Shown: positions 1 through 8,442, numbered from the stretch's first letter. The stretch: 64,000 nt of DNA from Patescibacteria group bacterium (GCA_943356485.1 CALRFD010000002.1:136156-200155); one strand, 5' to 3'. The notes: a model not told the origin generated them from the sequence alone. Program-made: numbers and translations.

Positions 1-52
1 ACTAAACGGACAGTTAATTGACAAAATAAACATGATCGGCTATCCTTAGAAA

Positions 53-367
53 ATGCGTTTTGTCGAAGGAGAGACCAATAGACAGAAAGTAAAGCAGGAA
101 AGCTGGGTTGATCGCTTAAATAGATCAGCTAGCAGATGCGCTATCTTAGCTATGGGCGCAACAGCAACTGGCGGTCTTTCTCTTTTCACTATAAATTACC
201 TATTAACCGGCCAAAATAAATTAGCGTTAGTCTCAGGGTTTTGTGCCTTAACCACAGCTTTCACTATGATAGTTACTCATTCTGAGTGGACTGAAGATGA
301 GGGAAAACAAACAAGCCCGGAACTTAATTCCCAACCAAAAACTCCACAACATCTCCGTCTTTCATAA
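53..367 (+). CDS. hypothetical small membrane protein (2 predicted TM helices); last ~14 codons lie antisense to a displaced copy of the ychF 3' end
   Basis: ORF track 104 aa; hydrophobic stretches AILAMGATATGGLSLFTINYLL and LVSGFCALTTAFTMIV; no recognisable motif. Confidence 0.3.
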   Translation: MRFVEGETNRQKVKQESWVDRLNRSASRCAILAMGATATGGLSLFTINYLLTGQNKLALVSGFCALTTAFTMIVTHSEWTEDEGKQTSPELNSQPKTPQHLRLS

Positions 368-375
368 CATATTCC
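324..375. repeat. displaced copy of the ychF 3' end (left copy of ~50-bp direct repeat)
   Basis: Minus-strand reading gives [16 protein letters not shown]; 29-bp core (337-365) identical to 1522-1550. Confidence 0.8.
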
Positions 376-410
376 TTAACGACCGAACTAAACGAGAAAA
401 AACATTCGGC

Positions 411-452
411 AATATTAGGCAACTTCTGGCAATATTAGGTAATATTTGGTAA
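411..452 (+). promoter_or_regulatory. tandem direct repeats upstream of fic (GGCAATATTAGG x2 plus related GGTAATAT units)
   Basis: tcggcaatattaggcaacttctggcaatattaggtaatatttggtaatatgc directly before the fic start. Confidence 0.4.
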
Positions 453-453
453 T

Positions 454-1512
454 ATGCTATTGTCATTGCGAAGCCATGAAGTGGCTGTGGCAATCTTGAT
501 TATGACGATACCTCCAAACTACACACTGACTCCTAAAATATCTCAGCTTTTGCAGTCAATAGAAGCTAGCCGGGAAGTAATCAACTCGATCACTATTCCT
601 CCTGAAATCGAACTAAATATTCGCCGGCAATCAACCTTAAGAAGCTCACTTTTTTCTGCCAGAATCGAAGGCAATGATTTAACGCTAAACGATTTAGATT
701 CTACCCCATCAAAAAACCGAAAAAAAATTGAAGTCTTTAATATTCTAAAAGCTTTAAACTGGATCGGTGAGAAATCTCTAAAAGATATCTCACTAAAGGA
801 TATCTTTCAAATCCACGCTCTAGTTTTAAACGGTCTAATAGAAGAACCAAACTTAGGCAAATTTAGATCCAAAGTCAGTGCAATTTTTAATTCCGCCGGA
901 ATCGCAGTTTATATGCCGCCACCACCTAAGCAGGTGCAACCGTTAATCGAAAAATTGTTTAAATTCATCAATACCTCAAACGAACAATTTGTTCCAATCA
1001 AAGCCGCTATGACTCATTATACATTAGAGAAAATTCATCCATTTTTAGATGGAAACGGCAGAGTTGGTAGATTATTTTTGCAAGCAGTTTTAAAAAAAGA
1101 CGGATACGACATGAAAGGATTACTTTCCCTGGAAGAGTATCTGGATAACCACCGTAGTGCATACTACTTTGCCCTGGAAGATCCGGAAAGAGATATGACT
1201 GGATTTATTGAGTTCATGCTGGAGGCGATTGCCGAAACTGCCCAAAAAGCCAAAGAGTTGGTTCTGCAAAAATCCTTCGACTACGCTGAGGACAAGGAAA
1301 AAACAAAAATAGAAGATTATTTACTGCCCCGAAGGGCAGAAATTTTAAATATAATTAAAGAACATGGGACGGTAAGTTTTGATATGCTACACCGCAGATT
1401 TATGGCGATAAACGAACGAACGCTGCGTTACGACCTTTTGCAGCTGCAAAAAAAGGGCTTGATTAGAAAAAGAGGCGCCACAAAAGGGGTATATTATGAA
1501 GCTATTCACTAA
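454..1512 (+). CDS. fic: Fic/Doc family protein (class II Fic AMPylase architecture: N-terminal inhibitory helix, Fic core, C-terminal winged-helix)
   Basis: Canonical Fic motif HPFLDGNGRVGR (HxFx[DE]GNGRxxR); inhibitory (S/T)xxxE(G/N) motif SARIEGN near N-terminus; C-terminal wHTH-like tail (RTLRYDLLQLQKKGLIRKRGATKGVYY). Confidence 0.9.
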   Translation: MLLSLRSHEVAVAILIMTIPPNYTLTPKISQLLQSIEASREVINSITIPPEIELNIRRQSTLRSSLFSARIEGNDLTLNDLDSTPSKNRKKIEVFNILKALNWIGEKSLKDISLKDIFQIHALVLNGLIEEPNLGKFRSKVSAIFNSAGIAVYMPPPPKQVQPLIEKLFKFINTSNEQFVPIKAAMTHYTLEKIHPFLDGNGRVGRLFLQAVLKKDGYDMKGLLSLEEYLDNHRSAYYFALEDPERDMTGFIEFMLEAIAETAQKAKELVLQKSFDYAEDKEKTKIEDYLLPRRAEILNIIKEHGTVSFDMLHRRFMAINERTLRYDLLQLQKKGLIRKRGATKGVYYEAIH

Positions 1513-1560
1513 CTCCCAATTAAAAACTCCACAACATCTCCGTCTTTCATGATATATTCT
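1509..1560. repeat. right copy of ~50-bp direct repeat = authentic 3' end of ychF
   Basis: Encodes [16 protein letters not shown] of ychF; 4 mismatches over 42 bp versus left copy. Confidence 0.8.
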
Positions 1561-2615
1561 TTTCCTTCTGTCCGAACCCAACCTTTTTTCTTAGCCTCTG
1601 CTAACGATCCTGCTTCAATTAACTGATCATAGGAAACAACCTGAGCCCTGATAAAATTTTTCTCAAAATCTGTGTGGATCACTCCTGCGGCTTGCGGGGC
1701 TTTGTAACCTACTTTAAAAGTCCAGGCCCGGACTTCCTTTTTGCCTGCAGTTAGAAATGAGGCTAGACCAAGTAAGTGATAGGCTTTTTTAATCAATCTT
1801 TCCAAACCTGTCTCCTCAATTCCAAGCTCTTTTAAATATTCCACTCTTTCTTCTTCTGACAAATCCACCAATTCTTCTTCAACCTTGGCGCAAATAACGA
1901 GTGCGTTTTCCTGACCACTGTCCCCTGTAACCTGTAACCTTGATTCCTCAACGTTATATACATACAATACAGGCTTTATAGACAAAAGCGGCAAAGTTAA
2001 AATCCAGTTTTGAATTCTTTCGTCTAATCCTTCTGAAGTTTTAATTAAGGAATCTCCGATATATTTACCCTTATCCAAATCCTCCTTAATCTTTTTTAAT
2101 ATCTCTAGCTTCTTTGGATCAAGAGAATCCTTAGAAAATCTCAATTCCTTTTCTGCAAAATCCACCAACTTAGTAATAGTTTCTATATCCGCCAGGATTA
2201 GCTCTGTTTCAATAGTTTCTCTATCTGATTTTGGATTCTCAGATCCTTCCCGAATAATATTACTATCTGAAAAATCTCTTAAAACATGAATTATGGCGTC
2301 AACTTCCCTAATATGCGATAAAAATTTATTACCTAACCCTGCCCCCGTAGATGCTCCTTTAACCAATCCTGCAATATCTACAAATTCGCAAACAGCCGGC
2401 ACAATTGGAGGAAGAGAATCCATTTTCTCCTCGTCCTTTGTTAACTCGGCCAACTCCGAAAGTCGAACATCAGGAACAGCCACTACCCCTGTATTTGGTT
2501 CAATGGTCGCAAAAGGATAATTGGCAGAAAGAGCCACTCTTTTTTTCAAAAGAGCATTAAATAACGTACTTTTTCCAACATTAGGCAAACCAATAATCCC
2601 AACCTTTAAACTCAT
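1509..2615 (-). CDS. ychF: ribosome-binding ATPase YchF (Obg-family GTPase)
   Basis: N-terminus [22 protein letters not shown] (G1 P-loop), YchF-like length 368 aa, C-terminal TGS-like end MKDGDVVEF. Confidence 0.9.
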   Translation of the reverse strand: MSLKVGIIGLPNVGKSTLFNALLKKRVALSANYPFATIEPNTGVVAVPDVRLSELAELTKDEEKMDSLPPIVPAVCEFVDIAGLVKGASTGAGLGNKFLSHIREVDAIIHVLRDFSDSNIIREGSENPKSDRETIETELILADIETITKLVDFAEKELRFSKDSLDPKKLEILKKIKEDLDKGKYIGDSLIKTSEGLDERIQNWILTLPLLSIKPVLYVYNVEESRLQVTGDSGQENALVICAKVEEELVDLSEEERVEYLKELGIEETGLERLIKKAYHLLGLASFLTAGKKEVRAWTFKVGYKAPQAAGVIHTDFEKNFIRAQVVSYDQLIEAGSLAEAKKKGWVRTEGKEYIMKDGDVVEFLIGS

Positions 2616-2640
2616 TTTTTATTGACCCCCTATCAATTTT

Positions 2641-2662
2641 GTGATAAAAAATTATTTATCAC
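2641..2662. promoter_or_regulatory. perfect 8-bp inverted repeat GTGATAAA-N6-TTTATCAC in ychF upstream region (candidate operator)
   Basis: gtgataaaaaattatttatcac located 26-47 bp upstream of the ychF start codon (minus strand). Confidence 0.35.
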
Positions 2663-2822
2663 TAGGGAGAAACGAACATATGACTACGTGTTATATGCAA
2701 CGCCTCCCATTTTGATGCGTTCGTTATAAAGCCATTATGCCATGTATTCAGGCCTTAAACAATGAATCACTCCATACTTCTTATCTTACTGACACCCAGA
2801 CCTCAGCAAGTCTTGCACCATT

Positions 2823-3941
2823 TTATTCTACCTCAGCTCCTGCTCCTGCATAATATTTATAAAGATTTCTCTGAATAATTTCCCTGATGACTAAGTCAGG
2901 TTTTTCCTCCTCTACTTTAGTTTTTTCAAGTCCCCAAAGAGGATCATTATGAAGTATTATGTTGTCAAAGTGGTATTTTAGAAAGTACATGGCACCCCCA
3001 ATATATTCAGGCGGAGCCCCAACGAAATAAGAGTCTGCATAAATTAGTACCTTGTTAATCTTATTTATCCTACTTAAAACACCATCTTTCAGTGTAAAAT
3101 TTACGATCGGTTCCTTAGAATTATCAGAACCATGAATTAAAGATTTTAATCTATTTAAATCGTGTGCATTTGTAATTTGTGAATTTATTGAGATGTTAAA
3201 ATCTGATAGTTGCAAACTATCAATATTTGGAAAATGATCTTTCAGTCTACTTATTATTGCCTGATAACCAATAAACGCACCGAAAGAATTCCAATGTGCA
3301 TCTTCTTTCCAATACAATGGTATATCAGTATTCTTTTTCGTATCGACAATTTGGGAGCCTAAGTACAAAACAGGAATTTCTCTTTTTTTTAAAGCGTTTA
3401 GAATTAGTGAGAGTTGAATATTCGAATTTATAAAATTTGGATATGGAAAGTATTCAGGATAAACTATCTCTTTATCCGGAACCACCACGAATAGATAAGG
3501 TATTCTTCTCCCATCCAAGTATTTTTTTTCATCTAAAAAATTGTCTCCTATCCATGATAACAACTTGTTTGATAAGGTAATGTGGTGATAATAATACTTG
3601 TAGGCTGGAGCCATAAAACGCGCTTCATTATGAAAATACCAACCATTAGCAGTTCTAATCACAGCAGCTACCGGACTTTTTTTAAATAATTCAAATTCAA
3701 TTGTAGCATCAAGAATAAGCAAAATATTTCTAAAACCAAAGTTATCATTGTAAAATTGTTCAAATTTTTTAGGAAATTCATCGATTTTCATCTTATCATT
3801 AATTACCGGAAACTGCGCCAAACGCCGCCACTCTGTATTATCTATCTTTGAAGTCATGCCTAAAAATAAGCCGATAAATGATAGACTAAGAAAAAAAATA
3901 AACACTGCAGTTAAAATTATATTGAAAAGATTTTTTTTCAT
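2823..3941 (-). CDS. DHHW/AlgJ-like SGNH-type partner of MBOAT acyltransferase (membrane-anchored, extracytoplasmic)
   Basis: N-terminal TM anchor; DxHW-like motif WKEDAHWNSFG resembling AlgJ/AlgX/DHHW family catalytic motif; immediately downstream of an MBOAT gene in the same orientation. Confidence 0.5.
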   Translation of the reverse strand: MKKNLFNIILTAVFIFFLSLSFIGLFLGMTSKIDNTEWRRLAQFPVINDKMKIDEFPKKFEQFYNDNFGFRNILLILDATIEFELFKKSPVAAVIRTANGWYFHNEARFMAPAYKYYYHHITLSNKLLSWIGDNFLDEKKYLDGRRIPYLFVVVPDKEIVYPEYFPYPNFINSNIQLSLILNALKKREIPVLYLGSQIVDTKKNTDIPLYWKEDAHWNSFGAFIGYQAIISRLKDHFPNIDSLQLSDFNISINSQITNAHDLNRLKSLIHGSDNSKEPIVNFTLKDGVLSRINKINKVLIYADSYFVGAPPEYIGGAMYFLKYHFDNIILHNDPLWGLEKTKVEEEKPDLVIREIIQRNLYKYYAGAGAEVE

Positions 3942-3945
3942 TTAC

Positions 3946-5391
3946 TTAAAATCTAAAATATAAAAAAGGATTATATGTTTTTGAAGCAACACTAATCGCT
4001 ATCAAAAAAAGCAATCCGGTTAATGCCGCCAATTTTAATAATTTAAACCTTACTTCAAAATTACTTCTAAATTTTCTAAAATAACTAGATACTGGAATTG
4101 AACAAATAACTCCTACTATCATTACTAAAATTATGTCCATCTGAAGAAAATATCCAGCAGGTTGAAAGATTATTCCTTCTTTTTTTAGTCCGAAAAGAAC
4201 CTGCAGATAGGAGAAAGCCTTGGTTAAATTCTCTGATCTGAAAAGTACCCAACCTGATATAAGGGCAAGCAAAGTATAGAGATGTTTAAAAGGAAGCCAT
4301 AAACTCTTAAATAAAACTCCGTTATTAAACCTTTCCAAACTTAAAAAAACTGCTTGTAGAATACCCCAAGCAATAAAATTCCAACTGGCTCCATGCCAAA
4401 CCCCAACTAAAATAAAGACCGTCCAAAGATTAAAATATCTTTTCAAAGCAGATACCCTACTTCCTCCCAGCGGAATATACAAATAATCCCTAAACCAACT
4501 TGATAATGTGATATGCCACCTTCTCCAAAACTCAGTAATAGAGGTTGAAATGTATGGATAATTAAAGTTTTCGGGAAAGCTAAAACCAAACATCCGGGCG
4601 AGTCCGATCGCCATATCAGAGTAACCTGAAAAGTCAAAATAGATCTGCAAGGTAAAACAAATAATTCCTACCCAGGCAACCGAAGCTCCTAAATGTTCAG
4701 TCGGGATAGAGAAAATCTCATTTACAATTGGGTTAAGTTTATCGGCAATTAATACTTTTTTAGCCAGACCAGAAATAAATCTTTCAACCCCAAATACAAA
4801 ATCATCAAAATAAATAACTCTTTTTTTAAGTTGCCCGGCAATTGAGTGATACCTGACTATTGGACCTGCTAAAAGATGCGGAAAGAATAAAAAATACAAA
4901 AGAAGACTGAAAGGATTTTTTTGAGCTTCTGCTTTTTTCCTAAAGATATCTACGTTATATGAAATCGCATGGAAGGTAAAAAATGAAATAGCCAAAGGCA
5001 GCCATATTTTAGGAACCGAAAGATTAAAATCATAACCGGGAACTGTGGTAAGATTTCGGATCAGGAAAGTAAAAAAGGTATTAAAATTTTGTATCAAAAA
5101 AACCCAATATTTATAATAAATCAAAAAGCCCAAATTTAGCAGAATTGAAAGAAATAAAATTTTTTTTGCTATTGATTTTTTCTTCAAGTATTTTTGGATC
5201 AACAACCCAAGAAAAAAGTTAAAAGCTACAGCAACCAGTAAGAAAGTAATGAAATCTGGTTCGCCCCAAAAGTAAAATACCAAACTGGCAATTATTAAAC
5301 TTAAGTTAGGGAATTTTCTGCCTATTGTAAAGTAAAAAAGTAGTAAAATCGGCAAAAAAAGAAAGAGGAAAACCGGAGAGCTGAACAACAT
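3946..5391 (-). CDS. membrane-bound O-acyltransferase (MBOAT; AlgI/DltB/PatA-like)
   Basis: Multi-pass membrane protein with MBOAT hallmark WRRWHITLSSWFRDYLYIPLGGSR and conserved His (WHGASWNF). Confidence 0.85.
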   Translation of the reverse strand: MLFSSPVFLFLFLPILLLFYFTIGRKFPNLSLIIASLVFYFWGEPDFITFLLVAVAFNFFLGLLIQKYLKKKSIAKKILFLSILLNLGFLIYYKYWVFLIQNFNTFFTFLIRNLTTVPGYDFNLSVPKIWLPLAISFFTFHAISYNVDIFRKKAEAQKNPFSLLLYFLFFPHLLAGPIVRYHSIAGQLKKRVIYFDDFVFGVERFISGLAKKVLIADKLNPIVNEIFSIPTEHLGASVAWVGIICFTLQIYFDFSGYSDMAIGLARMFGFSFPENFNYPYISTSITEFWRRWHITLSSWFRDYLYIPLGGSRVSALKRYFNLWTVFILVGVWHGASWNFIAWGILQAVFLSLERFNNGVLFKSLWLPFKHLYTLLALISGWVLFRSENLTKAFSYLQVLFGLKKEGIIFQPAGYFLQMDIILVMIVGVICSIPVSSYFRKFRSNFEVRFKLLKLAALTGLLFLIAISVASKTYNPFLYFRF

Positions 5392-5463
5392 TCTTTATAT
5401 ATTAGCAAGGCACTGTTTAAATGACAACCAAATGCACGTTCACCTGAGGGGTCTACTGCGCCC

Positions 5464-5479
5464 TGCCTGCAGGCAGGCA
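5464..5479. promoter_or_regulatory. GC-rich 16-bp perfect palindrome CCTGCCTGCAGGCAGG in divergent intergenic region
   Basis: Self-complementary 16-mer in a ~33% GC background between the MBOAT operon start and the 5600 gene. Confidence 0.35.
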
Positions 5480-5495
5480 AGCAAGCAGGTTGGCA

Positions 5496-5523
5496 CCTAG
5501 GGATTTTTGAATATTTTGAGGTT
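5496..5523. repeat. left copy of ~25-bp imperfect direct repeat CACCTAGGGATTTTT(G/A)A(A/C)ATTTTTGA
   Basis: gcacctagggatttttgaatattttgag versus gacacctagggatttttaacatttttgatg at 6349-6378. Confidence 0.5.
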
Positions 5524-5599
5524 AGGTGTCTACTGACAAATTGAAGCCACCGGCATATCTTCAAATTTGACAAATTAAACCAGGTATACAATACTTAAA

Positions 5600-6313
5600 T
5601 TGGTGAACAAAAATAAGTTTCTGACTAATGCTATAAAAGTTTTCCGGGGGTGGCCGCTGCCCATTAAAATTATTATCTCTGTAGTTGCAGTTTTTGCAAT
5701 TTTGCAACAAGTCTCCCGCTTCAATTACTATAGACTTCAGCAAAATACAAAAAATAACACTACTCCCCATAAACAAACTGTTGATATAATCAAAGTTCCA
5801 GCCGCAGTTAAGGCTTTCTTAAGTGATGAAAATTTACAAAAAATGGATGAGGCCGGCATGAATATCTACACCGGAAATCACCCTCCAAAGATTGAAGGAA
5901 TTTATACTTTTAAAAATCTGGTAGTTAAATATGATCCCAATGGATATAAATTCCCCATTGTCACCTACAACTATACATTCAAAGATCAAAAAGATGACAA
6001 TACCGTGCTTTTCTCAAGTAAGAGTGAAGGCGGCGGCTCTAAAGGAGAATCAGATACAGGAGAAGGCAGGGGCGTGTTTATTTCCGGGGAGGGAAACTGT
6101 TTTTCCGTATATCTTGATAATGATGAAAAAGCAGGTCAGTGTGAATCTAAATCTGCAGAAATATTTTCAGCCTGCAAGGATGGAAAAGGACTGGTTGACA
6201 TGGATCAGGGAACTTTGTGGACTTATATGAGTGATAAATGTTCAAAAGAGGAATTTGTCCCGGCTGGATATATAAGGATATTTTCCCATAAAAGTTTAGC
6301 TCCCCGCCAATAA
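5600..6313 (+). CDS. hypothetical membrane-anchored secreted protein (TTG start per ORF track)
   Basis: N-terminal TM helix IIISVVAVFAILQQV, Gly/Ser-rich middle, several Cys; flanked by a ~25-bp imperfect direct repeat. Confidence 0.35.
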   Translation: MVNKNKFLTNAIKVFRGWPLPIKIIISVVAVFAILQQVSRFNYYRLQQNTKNNTTPHKQTVDIIKVPAAVKAFLSDENLQKMDEAGMNIYTGNHPPKIEGIYTFKNLVVKYDPNGYKFPIVTYNYTFKDQKDDNTVLFSSKSEGGGSKGESDTGEGRGVFISGEGNCFSVYLDNDEKAGQCESKSAEIFSACKDGKGLVDMDQGTLWTYMSDKCSKEEFVPAGYIRIFSHKSLAPRQ

Positions 6314-6348
6314 AAAATGAAAGTACACCTCCGATGTGTATTAGCTAG

Positions 6349-6378
6349 GACACCTAGGGATTTTTAACATTTTTGATG
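6349..6378. repeat. right copy of ~25-bp imperfect direct repeat flanking the 5600-6313 gene
   Basis: Same as above. Confidence 0.5.
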
Positions 6379-6419
6379 CTAGATTACAGGCAAATCTCAG
6401 GACTTCTGGAAAATATTGT

Positions 6420-6812
6420 CTATACTCTTTCTTTTAGTTCTATTTCTTCTTTTTTCAAATCAAACTTAATGATAAATTTATCGAAAAAGCCTTTCTGACC
6501 TGCTATGCCAAAAGCTTGATTGCTCAATTTCATAAATCCAACATCTGTCTGATATTCAATTCCTCCGACTTTTATACTTACTTTGTGCAGATAATAATAT
6601 TGAGGAATTCCTGTTACTCCTATAACTTCCTGCCTTATTCCTTTTACAATGTTTATACCCAAAATTATCGCTATATCTTCATCAAATATACAAATATCTG
6701 CCCCTGAATCAACTAAAACTTCATAAGGAACGCTTAAGGAGTTACAAGAAACCTCAATTTGAATTACAGAACGAAAAGTACCTGAATCATACTTTTTATA
6801 TTTGAATTTCAT
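6420..6812 (-). CDS. retropepsin-like (clan AA) aspartic protease
   Basis: Catalytic D-S-G-A motif in VLVDSGADICIFDEDIA; ~130 aa size typical of single-domain bacterial/archaeal retropepsin-like proteases. Confidence 0.6.
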   Translation of the reverse strand: MKFKYKKYDSGTFRSVIQIEVSCNSLSVPYEVLVDSGADICIFDEDIAIILGINIVKGIRQEVIGVTGIPQYYYLHKVSIKVGGIEYQTDVGFMKLSNQAFGIAGQKGFFDKFIIKFDLKKEEIELKERV

Positions 6813-7007
6813 TTACAAAGAGCCGATAAAAGTTGACAATTTAGAAGGCATTTTGGTAAGAATTGGTTTTTCAAAACCTTTTTTTAAAGCTTGATCCCAA
6901 GCTTCTTTACCTGTTTTACCACTTGATATAACTGTTTTTTCATCGCTCTGCAGAGCCACCCAAAGCCCTTTGTATTTTTTATAGATATGTGTCCAGTCAA
7001 TTGCCAT
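6813..7007 (-). CDS. small protein translationally coupled upstream of the retropepsin-like protease (DUF5678-like?)
   Basis: 64-aa ORF abutting the start of the protease gene on the same strand; no motif recognised. Confidence 0.35.
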   Translation of the reverse strand: MAIDWTHIYKKYKGLWVALQSDEKTVISSGKTGKEAWDQALKKGFEKPILTKMPSKLSTFIGSL

Positions 7008-7050
7008 ATGTACAATATTATATCACTTATTTTCAAGCAAATTTTAGGAA

Positions 7051-8418
7051 TTACTTCTTTTTTCCTGGTTTTTTTGCAGAAAATTTTCTTTTCAGGAAAA
7101 ATGCCACCCCACCGGAAATTATTGCTAATACCAAACTAACCACAGTAATCTTTGTAACTGAAAGTTTTTGGGCGATTGTCACTGCTCCTGGCTTGTTACC
7201 ATTCGGAGTAATTGAGGTTACCTTTCCATCATTGGTTTTCACTTCTACCTTACCTTCATAAACAGCTACTGTAGTTTGATTTTTATTCTTGTCGTAAGAA
7301 ACCAAATAGTGGGTTTGTACAGAAAGGATTGTTCCGTTTGGTGTTTTGATACCATCATATGAACTATCGGAAATACCGGTGAGTTTTTTAACAACCTCTA
7401 CTTCCCCCATTTCCAAAAACGGCAAGTCATTCTCGTCTTTTCCCGGGATTTTAAGCACTGCTTGATTACTTGAACCAGGCCGTACTTCGTAAAAATTCTG
7501 GTTATTTTTGTCAGTCAACCGCATACGTTCTATTACTTGTATAGTCTTGCCTTGTTCTATACTTTCATGAGGGATATATCCCGGCAAAAAATCCCACGGT
7601 TTTCCTTCGCTATCTGTAGCAATTGAGGGCTCGGGAACTACCATCGGTATTTCTTTTGCCCCAGTTAAAAATTCCCCGGATTCTACCAGATTATTAATAT
7701 TAAAATTTTTACGAATATCCAGGATGGCCTGAATATTACGCCAGATTTCAATCGGGTTAACTTTAAAAAGATTAATTTGATCGGTTTTACTACTGGAATT
7801 ATTTCCGGAAGTAGCTGCTGCTTTATTTGTCTTCTGCTGGGAAACTACTGGAGAAGAACCTGATCTTGATGATGAACCTGTGTTAAAGAGTTTTACATCA
7901 TCCGCTGTTGCTGAAGAGGTGCATGAATTGTAGTCAAAATCAAAAATATAATCAGGCGGAACTTTACCTGTCCGGCGAATCCCTTCATCTATGGAGGCAG
8001 AACACCAAGCACCACCGTTTTGAGATTGCCATGAGAGATCCGGACAATTTTGGGCAGCGCCAAGCATAGAAAGTTTTTTCCACTCATCACAAGTTAAATG
8101 CCCAGGTGTTTGAGGTTCCAGCATCCATGTTTTCCTGTCAACACCCAGACATGCATCCAGTGTATCTTGTGCCTGAATACATTTATCTACAGAATCGTTG
8201 CAAGCTTTATCACAAACAGGGTTTTTATTATTACCCTGACATTCATTGCATACTGTTACGTCTTTTTCACAAGTAGAGACCCAATCCTTATACTTCTGCC
8301 TGCAATCAGCAGACTGGGCATAAGCGTTTGAAAAATTTGCCAAAAGCAGAAAGGCAAAAAAAGTTACTAAAATTCTGGGCATTAACTTAAATTTAGCTGA
8401 AAAAATTTGACAAGTCAA
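7051..8418 (-). CDS. cysteine-rich secreted protein with C-terminal TM anchor and basic tail
   Basis: N-terminal signal peptide (FFAFLLLANFSNAYA), ~20 Cys in first 150 aa, Ser-rich linker, C-terminal TM (ITVVSLVLAIISGGVAFFL) followed by KRKFSAKKPGKKK. Confidence 0.45.
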   Translation of the reverse strand: MTCQIFSAKFKLMPRILVTFFAFLLLANFSNAYAQSADCRQKYKDWVSTCEKDVTVCNECQGNNKNPVCDKACNDSVDKCIQAQDTLDACLGVDRKTWMLEPQTPGHLTCDEWKKLSMLGAAQNCPDLSWQSQNGGAWCSASIDEGIRRTGKVPPDYIFDFDYNSCTSSATADDVKLFNTGSSSRSGSSPVVSQQKTNKAAATSGNNSSSKTDQINLFKVNPIEIWRNIQAILDIRKNFNINNLVESGEFLTGAKEIPMVVPEPSIATDSEGKPWDFLPGYIPHESIEQGKTIQVIERMRLTDKNNQNFYEVRPGSSNQAVLKIPGKDENDLPFLEMGEVEVVKKLTGISDSSYDGIKTPNGTILSVQTHYLVSYDKNKNQTTVAVYEGKVEVKTNDGKVTSITPNGNKPGAVTIAQKLSVTKITVVSLVLAIISGGVAFFLKRKFSAKKPGKKK

Positions 8419-8442
8419 GAAATTTAATTTAATGTAAAATTA

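Noticed and set aside
1387-1581. 64-aa minus-strand ORF overlapping fic 3' end
   Set aside because: Lies antisense within the fic gene and ychF tail, Arg/Cys-rich low-complexity translation. Typical spurious antisense ORF.
2293-2520. 75-aa plus-strand ORF inside ychF
   Set aside because: Completely embedded antisense in a well-supported ychF gene. Ser/Thr/Ala-rich composition, no start context.
4443-4637. Short ORFs within/antisense to the MBOAT gene region (4443..4637, 5322..5591, 5561..5776, 5931..6230)
   Set aside because: Overlap strongly supported CDSs or the intergenic region in alternative frames. No RBS or motif support.
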